This document shows, in pieces, positions 60,601 through 64,000 of a stretch of DNA of 64,000 bases. Position 1 is the first letter of the stretch. Every line of letters starts with the position of its first letter. Both the position numbers and the translations under genes were made by a program. The notes beneath the pieces were generated by a model. It saw only the letters and a list, made by a program, of their open reading frames with translations, was not told the DNA's origin and did not search any database. The DNA comes from Acidobacteriota bacterium (GTDB lineage Bacteria > Acidobacteriota > UBA890 > WLXD01). The DNA is taken from assembly GCA_965205505.1 (NCBI GenBank), contig CBDBHB010000009.1:2208001-2272000 (forward strand), read 5' to 3'.

Positions 60601-60729
60601 TCAGCGCTCCACCGTCTCGGCCTGTCGTCGGATGTAGTGGCGCAGCGCCAGGAGCTCCTTGTCGGTGAGCTCAGGGTACACGGGTATTCCGCGAGCCAGG
60701 CGGGAGCCGTCGCGTACCACGGACGACAA
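60601..60729 (-). pseudogene. Orphan paralogous C-terminus of the PQQ dehydrogenase cytochrome c domain
   Basis: VVRDGSRLARGIPVYPELTDKELLALRHYIR versus VVRDGSRVARGMPAYPELTDDELLAMRHYIR at ~57120-57210. Confidence 0.75.
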
Positions 60730-60800
60730 CGGGCTCCATCGATCCGGCGGGCGATCTCCAGGGCCTCATCTACTTTGATGCGACCGGTAGCTTCAAAATG

Positions 60801-62738
60801 TCACGGCTCTGGCAGGATGAGCATCTGAAGCTTCGAAGGTCGCATCCGATCGTGATAGACGCTGTTGCGCGCCGGTGCCATGTGCGTGTGATGACCGGGG
60901 CGCTCGCCGGTGTTCGGGTTGACATCGAAGAAGGGATAGTTGCTGCTCGACACGTCGAGTCGAATCCGGTGCCCCTTCTTGAACCGGGCGGCAATGCCGA
61001 GAAGATCGATCTCGATCTCGTAGATTTCACCAGGGACCAGGGGCTTTGCTGATGCCAAGCTGTCTCGGTAGCGGGCCCGAACGATGCTGTCCGCCAGCAG
61101 CATCGAATAACCGGCGGGTGCGTGAGGACCCGGGGGATGCACATCGACAAGCTTGGCGGTGAAGTCGGTGTCGACCGCTGACGAGGCTATCCAAAGGCTC
61201 ACCGTAACCGGACCGACGACGACGTCCTCCTGCAAAGGTGCCGTCTGAAAGACGAGCACGTCGCGGCGCGCTGCCAGCGGTAGATTGTCCTTGCAGGGGA
61301 AGAACCTCGTTGTATCGCACCGTTGGTCGTACGGGCCGGCCGGGCTCACGTTGTTGCCGGAGCTGACCTTCCCACCGATCGTCGGCACCGGATCGGTTGG
61401 ATCGAAGGTGAAGACAGATGGCTCGGCGACGGAACGCGGCGCTTGCAGATCGAGCCGGCCGTTCGGTTGCAGATAGTAGGCTCGAGACTCGGCAGCCGCG
61501 GGCGGCCAACCCCCGAGCGACCGCCAGCCGCCATCGTGTCGATGGCGGTCTTCCGTGTTACGAGAGCCATCTCCGCCCCCCATGACGAACACACGGACGG
61601 GCGGTTCGTCGGTGAAGCCGGTGTCCTTGCCACGCAACACGTGGTCGAACCAGCGTAGCTGCTCCGCCTCCAGATCGATTGCGGCGTCGACTCCGAAGTC
61701 GACCTCACCGCTGGTTCGCGGCCCGACACCATGGGTCCATGGACCGACCAGCAGGCGCTTCTCGCTCGATTGGATCGCCGAGAGCATCGAATAGCCCTTC
61801 AACGTGCCGCGCAGGAAGATGTCGTACCAACCGCCAACAAAGTAGACAGGGATGTCCGGGAAGTCGTCATAGTAAGGCTCGAAGGCATAGCCGTTCTGGG
61901 TCCAGTAGTCGTCGAGGGCGGAGTGATCGACCCAATCCTGGAACCAGCGCTGATAACTCGGCACCAGCTCCAGCGGCGACCCATGCGGCCGGTATGGGTA
62001 GGCCTGAAGCCAAGCCGCGAGGTTGTCATGCTGCAGAGCGGCCTGCAGGGCTGTCTTCAGAGCCGGTTGGCGATCGGCTTCCTGGCCGGTGCTAGCCAGG
62101 TAGAGCGCATAGGCGAGGTTGTGCCGGAGCGCGAAGGCGCCACCACTACCGGCACCGTCTAGCCAGTAATGAGAGCTACCGACACGCTGGAACATCGCTT
62201 TGAGGTGCGGTGGACGCTCCGCGGCCAGCGCATTCTGCGTGGCGGCGTAGTACGACGCTCCGAAGGTGCCGACGTCACCGTTCGAGAAGGGCTGCGCGGC
62301 TGCCCATTCCACGGTGTCGTAGCCGTCGGGCCCCTCGTTGACGTAGGCATAAAACTCGCCCTCCGAGTCGAATCGACCGCGGACATCCTGAGTCAACACC
62401 ACATAGCCGTGTCGCGCCATGGAACGCGCAGGCTCCTCGGAACAGCCATAGCCGACTGCGTCCGGGTTCCGGAACGACTTCCCGTAGGGCGTACGGCAGA
62501 GCAAAGTCGGGAACCGTCCATCGACCGCCCTGCCTCCACGAGCCGGCCGATAGATGTCCGTGGCCAGTCGGATGCCGTCCCGCATCGGCACCATGACATC
62601 GTGTGCGACGATCACATCGTCGTAACGTTCGGTCTGCTGCGGGGAGTAGGCATGCTCGGACCCGAAAACGGCGCTCGCCGCCCCGATGACAACGAGCCAA
62701 CCTGGCAACAGCTGCTTCCACGAGGTCCTCTGTCGCAT
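60801..62738 (-). CDS. CocE/NonD family hydrolase
   Basis: MRDGIRLATD, RTPYGK, DVRGRFDSEG, GASY nucleophile, GGWYD and GPWTH. Confidence 0.92.
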   Translation of the reverse strand: MRQRTSWKQLLPGWLVVIGAASAVFGSEHAYSPQQTERYDDVIVAHDVMVPMRDGIRLATDIYRPARGGRAVDGRFPTLLCRTPYGKSFRNPDAVGYGCSEEPARSMARHGYVVLTQDVRGRFDSEGEFYAYVNEGPDGYDTVEWAAAQPFSNGDVGTFGASYYAATQNALAAERPPHLKAMFQRVGSSHYWLDGAGSGGAFALRHNLAYALYLASTGQEADRQPALKTALQAALQHDNLAAWLQAYPYRPHGSPLELVPSYQRWFQDWVDHSALDDYWTQNGYAFEPYYDDFPDIPVYFVGGWYDIFLRGTLKGYSMLSAIQSSEKRLLVGPWTHGVGPRTSGEVDFGVDAAIDLEAEQLRWFDHVLRGKDTGFTDEPPVRVFVMGGGDGSRNTEDRHRHDGGWRSLGGWPPAAAESRAYYLQPNGRLDLQAPRSVAEPSVFTFDPTDPVPTIGGKVSSGNNVSPAGPYDQRCDTTRFFPCKDNLPLAARRDVLVFQTAPLQEDVVVGPVTVSLWIASSAVDTDFTAKLVDVHPPGPHAPAGYSMLLADSIVRARYRDSLASAKPLVPGEIYEIEIDLLGIAARFKKGHRIRLDVSSSNYPFFDVNPNTGERPGHHTHMAPARNSVYHDRMRPSKLQMLILPEP

Positions 62739-62926
62739 CTGATCTAGATCCCTCCGGCTGTAGGGAGTCGGGAATAGGCGCGTTGCGCCTACCAGCTAAT
62801 AGGAAGATGGTCCCTTTTCGCGCGCGATTATCCAGGTTGAGAGTGACTAGAAGCGATGAGGGGTTAAGTTGAAACACCCTGGGAAGCCCTGCCCGGCAGA
62901 AGTCGCGTACGAAGCCGAAGCAGCCG

Positions 62927-64000
62927 CTATGGTCTCATCTCCGCGCCACCGTCCAAGCTTCCCCTGATGGTCTCGCCTTCCATGATGACCGCTTCGGGTC
63001 GAATCTCGCGGATCTCGTAGCGATCCACCTCGAACAGGCTCCGATCGAGCACGACCAGATCGGCGAGCTTGCCTACCTCAATCGAGCCGAGCTGGTCCTC
63101 CATGCGAAGCTGATAGGCGCCACTCAAGGTATATCCCTTGATTAGATCCTCCAGGTCCAAGCGTTCGGTCATCGGCAGTCGTATCGGCGCAGCCTCGCCC
63201 TGTCGAGCGTACTGGCGGTTATGGCCGATCTGTATCCCTAGATAGGGGTTGGCGTTCTCCATTTGATTCAACCCCACAACGTCGCTGGAGAAGGTCACGA
63301 CCGCGCCATCTTCCAGGAGCGGTTGGACCAGCAACATCCTTTCGAAGCGAGGACCAAGCGCAGCAGCGGTCGGCGGTAGTTGGTTTCCAAGGCCGTGCCA
63401 TGTGGGCGTGTAGTTCGCAATAACGCCCAGCTGCTTGAAACGCGGATAGTCGGCTGTATCAATGATGTCCAGGTGGCAGACCGTGACCCGCGTGTAGAGA
63501 TCGCCGCTCAGCAATTCCCGGGCCGCCTCCACTGCATCGAGCGCAATTCGGACGGCCCGATCACCGACGGTATGCAAATGCAGATCGATCTCGGCCTCGT
63601 GTAACCGAAGAAGGAAATCGCGCAACTCTTCGGTGCTCAACAGCGTATTGCCCCGGTTGTCCGGGTCATCGCTGAACGGATCGAGCACGGCGCCGGTACG
63701 AATCTCATTGGTGCCGTCGAAGTGAATCTTGACGGTGTTGAAGCGCAGCCGGTCGCCGCCGTAGGTGTCGCGCAGGCGCAGTAGCTCTTCGACCGCTGCG
63801 TCCTCCTGACCGGGAAGGAAAATGTGATAGGTGCCTTCATAGCGGACCGGTAACTTCCCTGCCCTGTCGAGCTCGGCGAGGAACGAATAGACCATGTCGT
63901 TGTAGTAGCCATTGCCCCCATCGTAGAGCGTGGTGACGCCGTGGCTCGCAAGGTAATCCAGGAAGGTGACCATGCCTTCTTGGTAGACCTCCTTGTCTAC
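62927..64000 (-). CDS. Amidohydrolase 3 (YtcJ-like), 5' end outside the window
   Basis: KIHFDG, HTVGDRA, FSSD and GSIEVGKLADLVVL. Confidence 0.88.
   Translation of the reverse strand, partial: VDKEVYQEGMVTFLDYLASHGVTTLYDGGNGYYNDMVYSFLAELDRAGKLPVRYEGTYHIFLPGQEDAAVEELLRLRDTYGGDRLRFNTVKIHFDGTNEIRTGAVLDPFSDDPDNRGNTLLSTEELRDFLLRLHEAEIDLHLHTVGDRAVRIALDAVEAARELLSGDLYTRVTVCHLDIIDTADYPRFKQLGVIANYTPTWHGLGNQLPPTAAALGPRFERMLLVQPLLEDGAVVTFSSDVVGLNQMENANPYLGIQIGHNRQYARQGEAAPIRLPMTERLDLEDLIKGYTLSGAYQLRMEDQLGSIEVGKLADLVVLDRSLFEVDRYEIREIRPEAVIMEGETIRGSLDGGAEMRP

Overview
GC-rich bacterial chromosome window. Gene content (TolB/TPR Ser/Thr kinase, CehA/McbA hydrolase, carD, tilS-ftsH-folP-cdaA-cdaR-glmM-pdxJ) suggests an Acidobacteriota-like host; this is inference. 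It has three zones. (1) 1-22.9 kb is a decayed accessory island. It holds two tRNA-Leu(CAG)-derived att remnants with 11-bp-periodic arm-like repeats, many nested or truncated IS3 elements, and cargo (K+ channel, Glu dehydrogenase, TonB receptor). It also holds a capsid-less phage-satellite-like module: integrase, excisionase, AEP primase/replicase, TerS, TerL with an in-frame TGA, and an HTH gene. That module ends in a Cre-like recombinase preceded by a perfect 13-8-13 loxP-like site and is followed by a solitary type I-C CRISPR repeat. (2) 22.9-53.4 kb is mostly core and metabolic genes with three tRNAs, plus a candidate ~290-nt structured ncRNA with its own sigma70 promoter, divergent from carD. 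(3) 53.4-64 kb is a second, scarred region after tRNA-Asp, with hydrolases and a pseudogenised quinohemoprotein dehydrogenase. The best leads are the Cre/lox-like pair inside the terminase-bearing element, the carD-divergent ncRNA and the orphan CRISPR repeat. All calls come from motif reading by eye; no database searches were run.
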